A stretch of DNA of 64,000 nucleotides from Gemmatimonadales bacterium (GCA_965249575.1 OZ252244.1:2592001-2656000); one strand, 5' to 3'. Counted from the stretch's first letter, positions 1 through 10,923 are shown. The notes: a model not told the origin generated them from the sequence alone. Translations and numbers: made by a program.

Positions 1-276
1 AATGTCGAACCCGTGGCTGCCCGCATAAATCAGATCGTCCAGGCCGATCAGCTGGGCCACATCCTCACGCCCCCGTCCGCTGACAATGATGGTCGGGCAG
101 CTCGAGGCGACTTCCCGGAGGGTGGCGCGCATGTTGTCCGTGAGGTGCGCGAGTTCCGGACGATCGACGATCGGTGTGAGCGTGCCGTCGTAGTCGAGAA
201 ACAGGACGGTGCGGCGTCCGCCGATTTGCGCTTCGACTCGATCCCACTGGGAGAGAGCGGAGGGGGGGGTGGGCAT
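1..276 (-). CDS. otsB: Trehalose-6-phosphate phosphatase (HAD family), 5' part; runs off the window edge
   Basis: Not in the ORF track. Manual translation from ATG 276 (in-frame ATG also at 291): MPTPPSALSQWDRVEAQIGGRRTVLFLDYDGTLTPIVDRP...IIVSGRGREDVAQLIGLDDLIYAGSHGFDI, with FLDYDGTL, SGR and YAGSHG motifs. Confidence 0.9.
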   Translation of the reverse strand, partial: MPTPPSALSQWDRVEAQIGGRRTVLFLDYDGTLTPIVDRPELAHLTDNMRATLREVASSCPTIIVSGRGREDVAQLIGLDDLIYAGSHGFDI

Positions 277-458
277 CTTTTCGATAACCATTAACCAAGG
301 CGCTGGGGTAGACTTGTCATCACCATCGGGTCCCGATCCGCGCCGGTCGAGCCGGCGGCCCGTTGTGCGAAAGCTGGCGGCGTTTCTGCGCGTACGGTAG
401 GTTAGCGGCATTCACGTGGCTGCGAGCGGACAACTCCACAGGAGGAAGAGAGCGGCGC

Positions 459-833
459 ATGGCGCGTATTCTCGTGGTGGACGACGACACCGACGTGCGA
501 GGCGTGATACGGAAGGTATTGGCCGGTGACGGCCATGAGGTCGTCGAGGCACCCGACGGCGACGCTGCCCTCACGAAGTACCGTGAGAAGCCGGCCGACC
601 TCGTGCTGATCGATATCTATATGCCCCGCGCGGACGGCATCGAGACCAGCATCCGTCTTCAGCATGAGTTTCCCGGAGCCAAGATCGTCGTGGTTTCCGG
701 GGGCGGGTTTCGTGACAAATCCGAGTTACTGGAGACTGCAAAGCGCATCGGCGCCGCCGCCACGCTGCCCAAGCCATTCGAGCGCGAGGAAGTCCTCGAA
801 GTCGTGCGCGAAGTGCTCGGCACTCGGCCGTAG
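459..833 (+). CDS. Single-domain response regulator (CheY-like receiver)
   Basis: MARILVVDDD...DLVLIDIYMP..DG...VVSG...LPKPF; GGAGG RBS upstream of ATG 459. Confidence 0.9.
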   Translation: MARILVVDDDTDVRGVIRKVLAGDGHEVVEAPDGDAALTKYREKPADLVLIDIYMPRADGIETSIRLQHEFPGAKIVVVSGGGFRDKSELLETAKRIGAAATLPKPFEREEVLEVVREVLGTRP

Positions 834-862
834 CCGGCCGCCACGCAGTCTCTGCCCGCCGG

Positions 863-2998
863 TTACTCCAGTCCCGCCAGCGTCACTTTCCCGATAGGGA
901 GCCTCCGCACCGGCCTGCCGGTGAGGGCGAGAATGGCGTTGCACACCGCCGGAGCGATGGGCGGCGTGCCCGGCTCCCCGATACCGCCCAGCGGGTCGCC
1001 GCTCGTGACGATGTGCGTTTCGATGGCAGGGGCTTCGTCCATCCGGACCACACGATAGGTGTTGAAGTTCCCCTGTACCGCGCGGCCACGGTCGATGGCG
1101 ACCTCGCCATACAGAGCCGCCGAGAGTCCGTATATGATCCCACTCTCCATTTGCGCCACGACGGTGCTGGGATTGACCACATCACCACAATCGACCGCGC
1201 ATACCACGCGATGCACCCGCACAGCGCCGTCCTGCTCGAGTGAGACCTCGGCGACTTGTGCCACGAAACTCCCAAACGACTCGTGGACCGCGACGCCTCG
1301 GGCGCGGCCCTTGGGCAGCGGCTTGCCCCAGCCCGCGTTCTCCACCGCAAGGTCCAGCACGCGCCTGTGCCGGGGGTGATCGGACAACAGCCTCCTCCGG
1401 AGGTCGACGGGATCCTTCCCGCCAGCCATCGCTAGCTCGTCCAAGAAACATTCGGTGACGTAGGCGTTCTGGGAGCTTCCAACCGAACGCCACCAATGGA
1501 GCGGAACTGGGAGGTCTGGCTTGGCGCACGTGACGAGGACGTTGGCTATGTGGTATGGGATGTTCTTTGCGCCCTCGACCGATGACCGGTCCACGCCCTC
1601 CACGCGCCGGCCGATTGATTCAAGGATCGACGGGCTGGCGATGTGATGAACCCACGCGACCGGCCACCCGTCCGAGTCCACCGCGCCGACGAACTTGTTG
1701 TATCCGGCGGGCCGGTAGTATCCCGCGCGCGTGTCGTCCTCGCGGGTGAAGACAACCTTGACCGGCTTGCCAATCGCCTTCGAGGTAAAGACGGCATCCT
1801 GGACGAAGTCCGTCTGCGACCGTCGTCCAAAACCCCCGCCCATGAATGTCGTGTGTACGGTCACCTTGTCCGCCGGCAAGCCAGTGATCTCGGCGGCGAC
1901 CCGCTGCGTGCGCGTTGGTGCCTGAGTCGGTGCCCACACGTCACAACGGTCCGCCCGCACGTCGGCCGTGCAGTTCATCGGCTCCATGCTCGCGTGAGCC
2001 AGATAGGGTACCTCGTAGACGGCTTCGACGGTCGTGTCCGCCCTAGCGATGGCTCGGTCGACGTCGCCGTCGTTACGTGCCTCGGTGCCCGTACCCGCCA
2101 TATTGCGGAAGAGCTCGGTGATCTTGGCGCTGGACAGATCCCGATGCGGACCCTCATCCCACGTGATCTCCAGCGCGTCCCGACCCTGCTTGGCCGCCCA
2201 ATAATGATCTGCTGCGACCGCCACGCCCGTGGGAATCTCGACAATGTGCCTCACACCGGGAATGTCCTTGGCGCGCGTGGCATCGAGACGCATCACCTTC
2301 CCGCCCCACACCGGGCTGTGGACGACCTGAGCCACGAGCATGCCCGGTACCTTGACGTCGATCCCAAATACCGCTTCGGCCGCAACTTTTGCCTTCGTGT
2401 CGAGCCGTTTGGTCGCCTTTCCGATGAGACGGAAGTTCTTGGGGTCTTTGAGCGGCGGGTTGTTGGGCGGCGGGACGGCGGCCGCCTTTTCGGCGAGCTC
2501 GCCGTACCGGAGCCGCCGTCCCGAGGGTTGATGGATCACGGTGCTGTTCTCCGCCCGACAGTCGGCGGGGTCGGCGCTCCACGTATCTGCGGCGGCCCGA
2601 ATGAGCATTTCACGCGCCGCCGCCCCGACCGTGCGGAGCTTTGCATAGTTGCCGCGGATGCTCGAGCTGCCGCCCGTGCCCTGGTTGCCGTACTTCGCCG
2701 AGTCGGCGGGTGCGTGTTCGGACCGGACCTTGGTCCAGTCAGCCTCGAGCTCTTCGGCCAGTATCATCGGCAGTGAGGTCAACACCCCCTGGCCCATCTC
2801 CGATTCGTGAACGATCAACGTAACGAGATCGTCGGTACCGATTCGGATCCATGCGTTCAGGTCGGATGGGCCGACCTCCGTGCGGAATACCGTGCGAACG
2901 GGCAGCCTGAACCCGATCAGCAGGCCCATCCCCGCGGCGGAGCTGATCTCGAGGAACTCTCGCCGGTTGACTGCGTGTCCGTTTTCGGTGACAGTCAT
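863..2998 (-). CDS. Molybdopterin-binding large subunit, xanthine dehydrogenase / isoquinoline 1-oxidoreductase beta family
   Basis: Start at ATG 2998 overlapping the upstream stop (ATGA); Tat-like [47 protein letters not shown]. Confidence 0.92.
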   Translation of the reverse strand: MTVTENGHAVNRREFLEISSAAGMGLLIGFRLPVRTVFRTEVGPSDLNAWIRIGTDDLVTLIVHESEMGQGVLTSLPMILAEELEADWTKVRSEHAPADSAKYGNQGTGGSSSIRGNYAKLRTVGAAAREMLIRAAADTWSADPADCRAENSTVIHQPSGRRLRYGELAEKAAAVPPPNNPPLKDPKNFRLIGKATKRLDTKAKVAAEAVFGIDVKVPGMLVAQVVHSPVWGGKVMRLDATRAKDIPGVRHIVEIPTGVAVAADHYWAAKQGRDALEITWDEGPHRDLSSAKITELFRNMAGTGTEARNDGDVDRAIARADTTVEAVYEVPYLAHASMEPMNCTADVRADRCDVWAPTQAPTRTQRVAAEITGLPADKVTVHTTFMGGGFGRRSQTDFVQDAVFTSKAIGKPVKVVFTREDDTRAGYYRPAGYNKFVGAVDSDGWPVAWVHHIASPSILESIGRRVEGVDRSSVEGAKNIPYHIANVLVTCAKPDLPVPLHWWRSVGSSQNAYVTECFLDELAMAGGKDPVDLRRRLLSDHPRHRRVLDLAVENAGWGKPLPKGRARGVAVHESFGSFVAQVAEVSLEQDGAVRVHRVVCAVDCGDVVNPSTVVAQMESGIIYGLSAALYGEVAIDRGRAVQGNFNTYRVVRMDEAPAIETHIVTSGDPLGGIGEPGTPPIAPAVCNAILALTGRPVRRLPIGKVTLAGLE

Positions 2999-3459
2999 CG
3001 GGCCATCTCCTCGGCCGCGCGGTGAATCGCCCGGCGGATCCGGTTGTAGGTGCCGCACCGGCAGATGTTGCCCGACATGGCCGAGTCGATATCCGCGTCG
3101 CTCGGCGCGGAATTTTGCTCCAGGAGCGCGGCGGCGCTCATGATTTGGCCTGGCTGGCAATAGCCACACTGGGGAACGTCCTCGGCTATCCACGCCTCCC
3201 GCACGGCCTCTGCGCTGCGGGTCTTCAGTCCCTCGATGGTCGCGATCTCCCGACCCTCGGCTGCCGATACGGGGATTTGACACGAAAAGATCGGAGCGCC
3301 GTCGAGGTGTATGGTGCATGCTCGACACTGGCCGATTCCGCAGCCAAACTTGGTACCCGTCAGATCGAGGAGATCGCGGATCACCCAGAGTAGTGGCATG
3401 TCGGGCGGTGCGGTCACCGTCCGAGTCTGTCCGTTCACGCGGAGTTCATACGCAGGCAT
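2995..3459 (-). CDS. [2Fe-2S] small subunit (IorA/CoxS family)
   Basis: [34 protein letters not shown]. Confidence 0.95.
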   Translation of the reverse strand: MPAYELRVNGQTRTVTAPPDMPLLWVIRDLLDLTGTKFGCGIGQCRACTIHLDGAPIFSCQIPVSAAEGREIATIEGLKTRSAEAVREAWIAEDVPQCGYCQPGQIMSAAALLEQNSAPSDADIDSAMSGNICRCGTYNRIRRAIHRAAEEMAR

Positions 3460-3480
3460 GCGAGGTCCTCGGGGAGGGAT

Positions 3481-3517
3481 ATCTTACTAGGGTGTGGCTG
3501 GGAGGATGGTGTGTCAA
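3481..3517 (-). promoter_or_regulatory. Putative promoter for the iorAB-like operon (TTGACA...TAAGAT, atypical 25-nt spacer)
   Basis: Perfect TTGACA at 3517-3512 and TAAGAT at 3486-3481, just upstream of a GAGGA RBS and ATG 3459. Confidence 0.3.
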
Positions 3518-3594
3518 GCGTTTGGGGAGGTGCGGTTCGGGCAGTGTCGGCACCATTCGATCTTGAGGTCCTCAACACAAGGAAGGGGACGGCG

Positions 3595-4048
3595 ATGCGA
3601 TCGCTGATCGTGCTTGGCGTGGTGCTTGCCGTGACTCCCGCATTGGAGTTGGAGGCGCAAACGGCATCGGACTCCGCCGCCATCATTCGGACGGCGAGGG
3701 ACTACATCGAGGGATGGTACGAGGGGGACGCCGCGCGGATGGAGCGCGCGTTACACCCGGATCTCGCCAAGCGTATCATCAATATGAACGACGCCGGTCG
3801 AAGCCGGCTGGGGCACATGGGAGCGCTTCAGCTGGTGCAGGGTACGCGAGCGGGCGGCGGAAGCTCGACGCCCGCGAGCCGAACGGCGCGCCGGCGTCAG
3901 AATTCTCGACATTTACCAGAATGTTTCGAGCGTCCGCGTCGATGCCGGCGAATGGATCGACTATATGCACGTCGCCCGCGCAAACGGGCGATGGGTCATT
4001 GTCAACGTTCTGTGGGAAGTGCGGCCGGAGGCCCGGTCCGGCGGCTAG
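3595..4048 (+). CDS. Secreted NTF2-like / putative lumazine-binding family protein, +1 frameshift near 3877
   Basis: Signal peptide, then RDYIEGWYEGDAARMERALHPDLAK; after the shift ERRAGVRILDIYQNVSSVRVDAGEWIDYMHVARANGRWVIVNVLW to TAG 4046-4048. Confidence 0.8.
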
Positions 4049-4057
4049 CGACGGACT

Positions 4058-4339
4058 CTAGGGCTCACGCGGGGCGCTGCCAACCAACTCCCGGAAGGCG
4101 GCCTTCGTGCTCTCGGCAGCCGCATCGGCTCCCGCCCGGAAGTCCGAGCCGGCCCGCCGAGCGCGCTCGATGGCTTCGAGACCTGCCGTCTCCATTTCCT
4201 CGCGCGCTTTGTCCGCCGCCTCGAGGACCTTCTCATGTTGCTGACGGTCGCGCATGTAGTATCCGGTCGCGGCGCCCGCCGCAAACATCAGGAGCCACGG
4301 AGCGAGCCACGCCATGAGCCCCTTACGCTTCTCGGCCAT
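4058..4339 (-). CDS. Small membrane-anchored helical protein (YtxH-like architecture)
   Basis: GGAGG RBS; one hydrophobic segment (LAPWLLMFAAGAATGYY) followed by an Ala/Glu/Arg-rich helix. Confidence 0.6.
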   Translation of the reverse strand: MAEKRKGLMAWLAPWLLMFAAGAATGYYMRDRQQHEKVLEAADKAREEMETAGLEAIERARRAGSDFRAGADAAAESTKAAFRELVGSAPREP

Positions 4340-4424
4340 TTTCACCTCCAGGCTGTCGTCCGCGCGCGGACGGCGTCGTATTCGTAGTCGCGCCTCAAGC
4401 TACCGCTCCACTCCGCATCGTCAA

Positions 4425-4895
4425 TCAGTCGATCAGGCCGCGCCGCACGCAATGAATGAAGTCGGTATAAGCCGGCTTGTGCCCCGACTCGCGCAATCCG
4501 GCCGCTATTTGGCCGCGGTGGTAGGCGGAGTGGTTAATCACATGATCGAGGATGTCCTCGACTCTGTTTTCCCAGGGCTCGCCCTTCGTATTGACGTACT
4601 CCACCGGGCGTCGGAGATCACCCTCAGCTAGGTCGGCGAGGAATACCGCCCATTCGTCCCCAACCTCGGTGCATCGCCTGCGGCACGCATCGAGGTCGAG
4701 GACCGGCCAGACCTCGCCAGACGCCTTGCCCCGACCAAGGCGATTGAGCCAGAGCTCCTCAGCGCCCGGTATGTGGGCCATGACCAACGTAAGCCGTTCC
4801 GACGGCCGAGCCGCCGCGACGAGAGAAGCGAGCGTCTCCCGGTTCGCCCACTCGTTGTACCGGAACAGACGACGAATCCGGTCCAAGACACTCAC
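4425..4895 (-). CDS. DinB family protein
   Basis: LFRYNEWAN, HIPGAE..W, HVINHSAYHRGQ. Confidence 0.9.
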   Translation of the reverse strand: MSVLDRIRRLFRYNEWANRETLASLVAAARPSERLTLVMAHIPGAEELWLNRLGRGKASGEVWPVLDLDACRRRCTEVGDEWAVFLADLAEGDLRRPVEYVNTKGEPWENRVEDILDHVINHSAYHRGQIAAGLRESGHKPAYTDFIHCVRRGLID

Positions 4896-5081
4896 GGTGA
4901 ACGGACTCCTTCAAGGCAGCGCCGGGGGTGGTCAAATACCGCTCTCGTATCCAGTGTCACTGCGCCCGCGCGCCATACGCTGAGGAGCCGCCCACCCCTG
5001 CAGGACGGGTGAGCGACTCCTCACATTGTTCGACGCTAACGGACCAGAGCGGTCCGGGGCAGGGAACGAGCCGCTCCCCGC

Positions 5082-5984
5082 TTACGACTCCACGATGATC
5101 AGGAACTTCGACGGTTCCCAAAACTCATCGGGCGCATCGATCTCCAATTCTCCCTGGATTTTTCCGTCGTTCTCCAGCATCCCGCCCAGGTACGAGAGAT
5201 TGTGCCTCGACGCGATGCGGTACTTCCTGTCGTCGCGCGGGAACGGGATGCGCGTTACCTCCCGCTTGTCGATGGCGATAAAGTCGGCTTCGGCGAGGTC
5301 GCGTGCGGGCTGGAGTGTCTTCTTTCCGAAGAAGAGGAACTTGCCCCCTTCCTCGACCACGATCCCCCGTTCGAGGAGGTCGTTCTTTGACCCGATGACG
5401 TAGAAAACTGTATTCTCCTTTTCCGCCATGGTTTGTACGGTGTCCGCCAGAGCCTCCTTCTCGGCCGCGAGCTGGACGTTGGCGGCGTGGAGTTCGTTCA
5501 CGTCGTCCGTGAGTGCCGTGATGGACGTTTTTTGGTCCTCGATGAGCGTACGGAAATCGGCGATCGTCACCTCAAACTTCACCAGTTCCGACTTCAAAGA
5601 ATCCGAAGACGACGACAGGCGGCGGATTCGCCGTTGGCTCGCGCGGAGGCGTTCCTCGCTCAGGTTCACCCGCTTCGTCACTTCCTGGATCTTCTCGAGG
5701 ATACCGTCCCGATACGCCTCCGAGACCTGTAGCGGCGACTCGGGCGACACGACGACCGCGTCTCCAGGCCCCCCCAGATCCTTGACGCTCGCCAGCTCGG
5801 TGCTGATATCGTTCATCAATCGAGTGGTCTCGACCACCTCCTTCAGGAGGCTGTCCTTCTCAGCCGAGATGATCGTCAGCTCCTCCAGCTTGCGGAGGGT
5901 TTCCTTGTTCTCGCAGCCGACAAGGGCTAGGGCGACGACGGCGAGTCCGGTAACCCCCGTAGCCGCTCGGCGCAGTTCTCTCAT
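5082..5984 (-). CDS. Coiled-coil lipoprotein, resembling the Cbp1-type family of Bacteroidota
   Basis: Lipobox LVGC, long heptad region, C-terminal NTVFYVIGS..DL..RG...IDKRE...F(W)EPSKFLII; AGGAGG RBS. Family assignment is from memory. Confidence 0.6.
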   Translation of the reverse strand: MRELRRAATGVTGLAVVALALVGCENKETLRKLEELTIISAEKDSLLKEVVETTRLMNDISTELASVKDLGGPGDAVVVSPESPLQVSEAYRDGILEKIQEVTKRVNLSEERLRASQRRIRRLSSSSDSLKSELVKFEVTIADFRTLIEDQKTSITALTDDVNELHAANVQLAAEKEALADTVQTMAEKENTVFYVIGSKNDLLERGIVVEEGGKFLFFGKKTLQPARDLAEADFIAIDKREVTRIPFPRDDRKYRIASRHNLSYLGGMLENDGKIQGELEIDAPDEFWEPSKFLIIVES

Positions 5985-6247
5985 TGGTAACTCCCCTCCT
6001 ACGCTTGTCTGTCACTTGTGACCGTGCGCGCACAGACGCACTAACGGTGCCGCGTCGGGATCCGCACTAGACTTCTGGGTCCACGTTGTACCCGGCCAGC
6101 CGGCCGGGGTTTCACGGCCGGCTAGGGAGGAAAGATCGCTCGATGGGTTGGGAGAGGAAAGGTCGGGTGGGTTTTCGGCGTGGCGCCTCAGTGCTCCGCC
6201 GTCAGCGCCATCGAGCCGGCCCGGCGGTGGCCGCCACAACGTGGAGT

Positions 6248-6712
6248 TTACTGGAATCGGTGGGCTCGGTCTGGCTGGCGTTCCCGTCCGTGAGGGGGAG
6301 CTCGCCGGACTGCGATTTCCGCTCGATCGACTGGGGACGATGTCTTCAGGCGACCGTTGACGTTGGCCCCATCGTGGATCACGATCCGCGGCGCGGTGAT
6401 GTCGCCTGTGACCGATGAGCTCGGCTGGATCTCGACCCGGCCGTCGGAGACAATGCTCCCTCGCACCTCGCCCGCCACTACGGCTTCGCGGGTGTAGATG
6501 TCACCGTCGATCGTTCCGCCGTCTGCGACCAGGACCTGGCCCTTCGCGTGCACACTTCCTTCTACGACACCCTCGACCTTGACGACACTTTCGGTCTCGA
6601 TCTCGCCGACAACCCGCATCCCTTTCGCGATCACCGAAAGTGTCGGTTCCGTGGACCCCGGCGGGGTACGGGTGCGGTCTGCCTGTCGCCCGCTGTTCGA
6701 AAACAACGCCAT
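6248..6712 (-). CDS. Bactofilin (polymer-forming cytoskeletal protein)
   Basis: SVIAKGMRVVGEI...VKVEGVVEGSV...V.G.V.G.I...VTGDI...I.DGA.VNG beta-helix pattern. Confidence 0.9.
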   Translation of the reverse strand: MALFSNSGRQADRTRTPPGSTEPTLSVIAKGMRVVGEIETESVVKVEGVVEGSVHAKGQVLVADGGTIDGDIYTREAVVAGEVRGSIVSDGRVEIQPSSSVTGDITAPRIVIHDGANVNGRLKTSSPVDRAEIAVRRAPPHGRERQPDRAHRFQ

Positions 6713-7200
6713 GACTCGCTCCTTCCTCTGGATCGCCTCGCTGGGCGCGGTTCCCTACGCGCTCCCAGACCGATGTACTGTTGTTATCGGCAGGAGTCCG
6801 AAAGAAAGTACCGGCGAGATTTGATGCCGCATGGTGACGCGGCTCACAACCCGAGTGTGGGACCTCGCGCCCCGTTTCGCCAGGCCCGCTTGCCGGCACT
6901 CGCCCAGGCACGGCGGGTGGTATCTGTAACAAGTTGTGGATACAACACTTAGCAGTAAGGTGGGTCGTGTCAGCCCCTGGTCGTAGGGAGCGTTGGTGTC
7001 CTCAACGCGTCGACGCGCGCTCGCGGCGGCGCGATGCGTTTTCCGCCACTACATTCGAGGGGCCGGCGATCGTCGGCAAGTGGCCTACCTTTGGGCTGGG
7101 GGCAAGTTCATACACACGCCGAGTGGCCACGCTGGCCGCCCGCGGTCTTCAGCCGAGCCGACCCGCTTATCGGTGCCATAGCTGCGGTGGGAGGAGAGCG

Positions 7201-8293
7201 ATGAACGCGTACCGGGCGGAAGTCGTCGGCAGCATGCTACGCCCAGACTATCTCTTGGCGGCTCGCGACGACCATCGGGCCGGCGTGATCACCGATGCAG
7301 CTTTCAAACGAATCGAAGACCGCGCGGTGGACGAGTGTCTCGCGATTCAAGTGCGGGCTGGTGTCGATATCGTGACCGACGGAGAAATGCGTCGCAACGT
7401 CTTTGCGAGCCAGCTAGCGGAGGCGACGGAAGGGTTTGAGTCGGTCGAGGGCAACGCGGTCGATTGGTTCACACGTGAGGGCAGGGTCGAGAGTAGCCCG
7501 GTCACGGTCGGGCTCGTGGCGAGAATCAAACGGCGGCGGCACCTGTCGGCAGAGGAGTTCACGTACCTCCGGTCGCGAACGGATCGGCCGGTGAAGGTGA
7601 CGTTTCCCAGCCCAACGATGTACGCTTACTACTGGATGGCTGGCGTTTCAGATGCCGCCTATCCATCGACTGACGCCTATCTCGCTGACGTAACGGACAT
7701 TCTGAAGGACGAGGTCACGGAGCTCGTGAGGCTCGGAGCCGAGTACATACAGGTCGACGCCCCGGAGTTCGGGATGTTGCTCGACCCCCATCAGCGGCGC
7801 TGGTTCGAGAGCAAGGGATTCGTTCCCCAGCGCATGATCTCATGATGGAGTCGAGATGATCGATGCCCTGATCGCTGGACACCCCGGGATCACCTTCGGT
7901 CTCCATGTGTGCCGAGGCAACGACGCGAGCCGTTACATGGCGAAAGGGAGCTACGCATCGCTTGCGAGAGAGATCTTTACACGGACCAGTGCCCACGTGT
8001 TGCTGTTGGAGTACGACGACGAGCGATCCGGGGATTTCGAGCCTTTGAGGCTCGTCCCCGACGACAAGATCGTGGTGCTGGGCCTCGTCACCACCAAGTG
8101 GCCGCGGGAGGAGACCGTCGAGGAGCTTCGATCCCGTATCGAGGAAGCGAGCCGGTACGTGTCGTTGGATCGGCTGTCTCTCAGCACGCAGTGCGGCTTC
8201 GCGTCGGTCGCCAAGGGAAACGCGATCCCGTTCCCGCTACAGGAAAAGAAACTCAGGTTGGTGAAGCAGGTCGCCGACAGTGTTTGGGGCTGA
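7201..8293 (+). CDS. Cobalamin-independent methionine synthase II family protein (catalytic-domain-only), +1 frameshift near 7840
   Basis: AEVVGSMLRP, TDGEMRR, YIQVDAP; after the shift HVCRGN, LLEYD, LGLVTTK, STQCGFAS (Zn ligands H, C, E, C). Removing one T in ATGATCTCATGAT joins the two frames. Confidence 0.88.
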
Positions 8294-8379
8294 CATGAGA
8301 GAGCCGAGGGTCTTGTCGCTGCGGGCCGCCGGGGAGCGCCGCCACCGGTCCGGGAGGGGGAGGGGGAGGGGGAGGTACC

Positions 8380-9403
8380 GTGACGACTGTTGAGGTCACT
8401 CCCGCCGTGAGCACGTTAACGTCGATCGGTGAGTCCGTCTCGCTTGCCGCAGTCGCCAGGGATCAGGGGGGCGATTCGTTACCGGCCAGTCCCACACCTG
8501 GTCGTCCTCCAACGACGCCGTCGTCACGGTCAACCAGTCCGGTATCGCCACCGCTGTAGGCAACGGATCGGCCACATTACAGCGACGACCTCCGCTATCG
8601 ACGGCACCGCGAGGGTCACGGTCGCTCAGACAACGGCTGCCGTGGCGGTATCGCTCGATGGATTCACGGTGGGCTTGGGCGATACCGTGCGACTAACCGC
8701 GGTCCAGCTGGACGCGAACCGACACCAGGTGTCGGGGCACCAGCGATCTCCTGGTCGACGACCTCCCCTTCGATCGTTGCGGTCGACCCGAGCGGGCTGG
8801 TGACCGCCAATGGCGTGGGGTCGGCGATGATAACGGCAACATCGAGCAACGGCGTGTCGGTGAGCGCGATGATAACCGTCTCGGGAGCAGCCGTGACATC
8901 GGTGGACGTGACGGCCGCGATCTCGACGCTCGTCTCCGTGGGTGAGACTCTCCAGCTAACCGCTCAGGCCCGGGACTCGTCGAACGGCGTACTCTCGGGC
9001 AGGTTGATTTCTTGGGTTTCCTCCGACGACTCGGTCATGACGGTCAGCTCGTCGGGCCTGGTTACCGCCGTTCCCAGCGGATCGGCGTCCGTGACCGCTA
9101 CGACTTCGGGCGTTGATGGGTCGGTCGCCCTGACCGTAGCGCAGGAAGTCGACACGGTCATGGTGATTCCCGCAGTCGTCAGCGTCGTCGCCGGTGACAC
9201 CGTCCGGCTGACCGCGATACAGGCCGATGCAAACGCCAACGAGGTGCTGGGTGCTCCGCCCCCCGCGTGGTCGACGTCCAGTATGATGTTCGCCACGGTC
9301 GATTCGGCAGGCCTCGTGACGGGCATTGAAGGCGGACCGCCGGTGATTACCGCGACGTCGAGCAATGGCAAGAGTGGCACGGCGATGCTGACTGTCACCG
9401 GAG
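8380..9403 (+). pseudogene. Four tandem bacterial Ig-like (Big_2) domains; three single-base deletions, no clear signal peptide or proper end
   Basis: Repeats of VEVTP...L.A.ARD..G......W.SS...V.TV..SG.VTAV..GSA.ITAT. Frame losses near 8483, 8574 and 8736 sum back to the starting frame; the ORF then runs on into the 3' end of the NhaC gene. Confidence 0.75.
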
Positions 9404-9492
9404 GCTTTCCGGCGATTCCCATGCAGGTCGGCCGAGCTGCTCGAGCCGAAGCCACCTTCGAAAGGGCGGGCGACCCGACGCGTCCCTCACGC

Positions 9493-10923
9493 TTACACGC
9501 CGCTCTTTGGCGCTGGGGCGTCGGACGCGGCAGTCGGCTGCCTCCGCCCAAACCCCGTGACGATCGCCAGCACGACCATCGCCAACAGTGCCCACGAGTG
9601 GAAGTTGTGTAGCCCAACCCCCCAGGGGGACACTCGAGACATGCCAAATTCGAGACCCGCGGCCGTCGTGCTCGCGGCCAGGATCGTCGGGACGAAAAAC
9701 GGGAAGAGGAACGGGTATGTGCAGACGGTGATGTCGAGAATGTTTGCACGACGGTAGGGATGAAGGCCAAGAGCAGCGCCGGTCTCGCGAGCAAACCGTC
9801 CCACTGTGAGGATGGCGACGACGGAGTGCGTGGTGAGGAGCACGGCGCCCGATACCGCTCCGAAGATCCAGAGCTCGGCCCCGCGCGCCGAGTGACTGCG
9901 CTGCTTCGCATGATCGACCAGCTTGCCGAGAATTCCGGAGGCCTCGAGTCCGCCCACCAGGCCCATCAGCAGGATGGTGAAGACCGATACGCCGATACCG
10001 CGTTCCATCCCCTCCACGATGATCCCCCGCGCCCCGAAACGCTCAGTATCGATGTAGAGCACAGCCGACGGCGCCACCAGTTGGAGTGCGAGCGCCAGCC
10101 CCGTCGCCGCGAGGATCCCGAACAACAGTCCCTCCAAGAGATGCCGGCGAGCCAGAAGCAGCCCGATCACGAGCACCGGTACCAGCAGCATCGGGAGGCC
10201 AGAGGGATCTCCACTGAGGTCACCCCCTTGCGTCGGGACCGCCGGAGCCCCGGCACTTCCGGTCAACCAGTAGAGCACCAGGGCGACCCCGGCAGCGGGT
10301 AGGGCGTACACGAGGCGACTCCTGACGACCCCACCCAGGTCGGCTCCCTGTGTCGTGGCGGAGGCGATGGTGGTATCGGACACCGGCGAGATGTTGTCGC
10401 CAAAGGTCGCGCCGCCGATGATTGCGCCCATGAGGACAGCCGGGCTCGCCCCGAGCGCGCCACCTGCGGGAAACAGGAGTGGCGAGCACAGGACGATGGT
10501 GCCCAGGCTCGTCCCGGTCGACGTCGACACGGCGCAGCAGATCAGGAAGGTGGCGGCCACGAAGGATCCTCCTGAGACGCCAACGCGGCCCGCGGACCAC
10601 ACCAGGGCCTCGATGAACCCGCTCGCGTTCATGAGAGATCCGAGGACCCCCGCCAACAACCACGCCATGATCATGAGCATCACGATGGGTTGGCTCATCC
10701 CCCGGATCATGGCGGTCGCGTATGCGGTCCGGTCTCGAGCCAGGGCGATGCCCAGGCCCAGGGAACCGAGCAAGATCGGCCAGAACCCTCTTTCATCGGG
10801 GGCCCCCGACAGGCCCAGCCAGGCGACGCCGCCCAGGAACAGCGCGAACGGCGCGAGCGCGCCGGTGGCGCCGCCGCGGAACCGCAACGGATGAGCGTCG
10901 GTGGCGCCGGTCAGTGAATTCAC
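9493..10923 (-). CDS. NhaC-family Na+/H+ antiporter-like transporter (amino-acid transporter clade possible)
   Basis: More than 10 TM segments; STSTGTSLGT, GAIIGGATFGDNISPVSDTTIASA. Confidence 0.88.
   Translation of the reverse strand: MNSLTGATDAHPLRFRGGATGALAPFALFLGGVAWLGLSGAPDERGFWPILLGSLGLGIALARDRTAYATAMIRGMSQPIVMLMIMAWLLAGVLGSLMNASGFIEALVWSAGRVGVSGGSFVAATFLICCAVSTSTGTSLGTIVLCSPLLFPAGGALGASPAVLMGAIIGGATFGDNISPVSDTTIASATTQGADLGGVVRSRLVYALPAAGVALVLYWLTGSAGAPAVPTQGGDLSGDPSGLPMLLVPVLVIGLLLARRHLLEGLLFGILAATGLALALQLVAPSAVLYIDTERFGARGIIVEGMERGIGVSVFTILLMGLVGGLEASGILGKLVDHAKQRSHSARGAELWIFGAVSGAVLLTTHSVVAILTVGRFARETGAALGLHPYRRANILDITVCTYPFLFPFFVPTILAASTTAAGLEFGMSRVSPWGVGLHNFHSWALLAMVVLAIVTGFGRRQPTAASDAPAPKSGV

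Noticed and set aside
2999..3328. 110-aa N-terminal extension of the molybdoenzyme ORF
   Set aside because: Overlaps the 2Fe-2S gene in another frame; the ATGA-coupled start at 2998 gives a normal Tat-like leader
6926..6953. Short AT-richer palindrome containing a near DnaA box (TGTGGATAC)
   Set aside because: Single imperfect box, no cluster or unwinding region; stem only 5 bp
6720..7200. SAM or cobalamin riboswitch upstream of the methionine-synthase-like gene
   Set aside because: No recognisable consensus elements by eye; an Infernal scan is needed to exclude it fully
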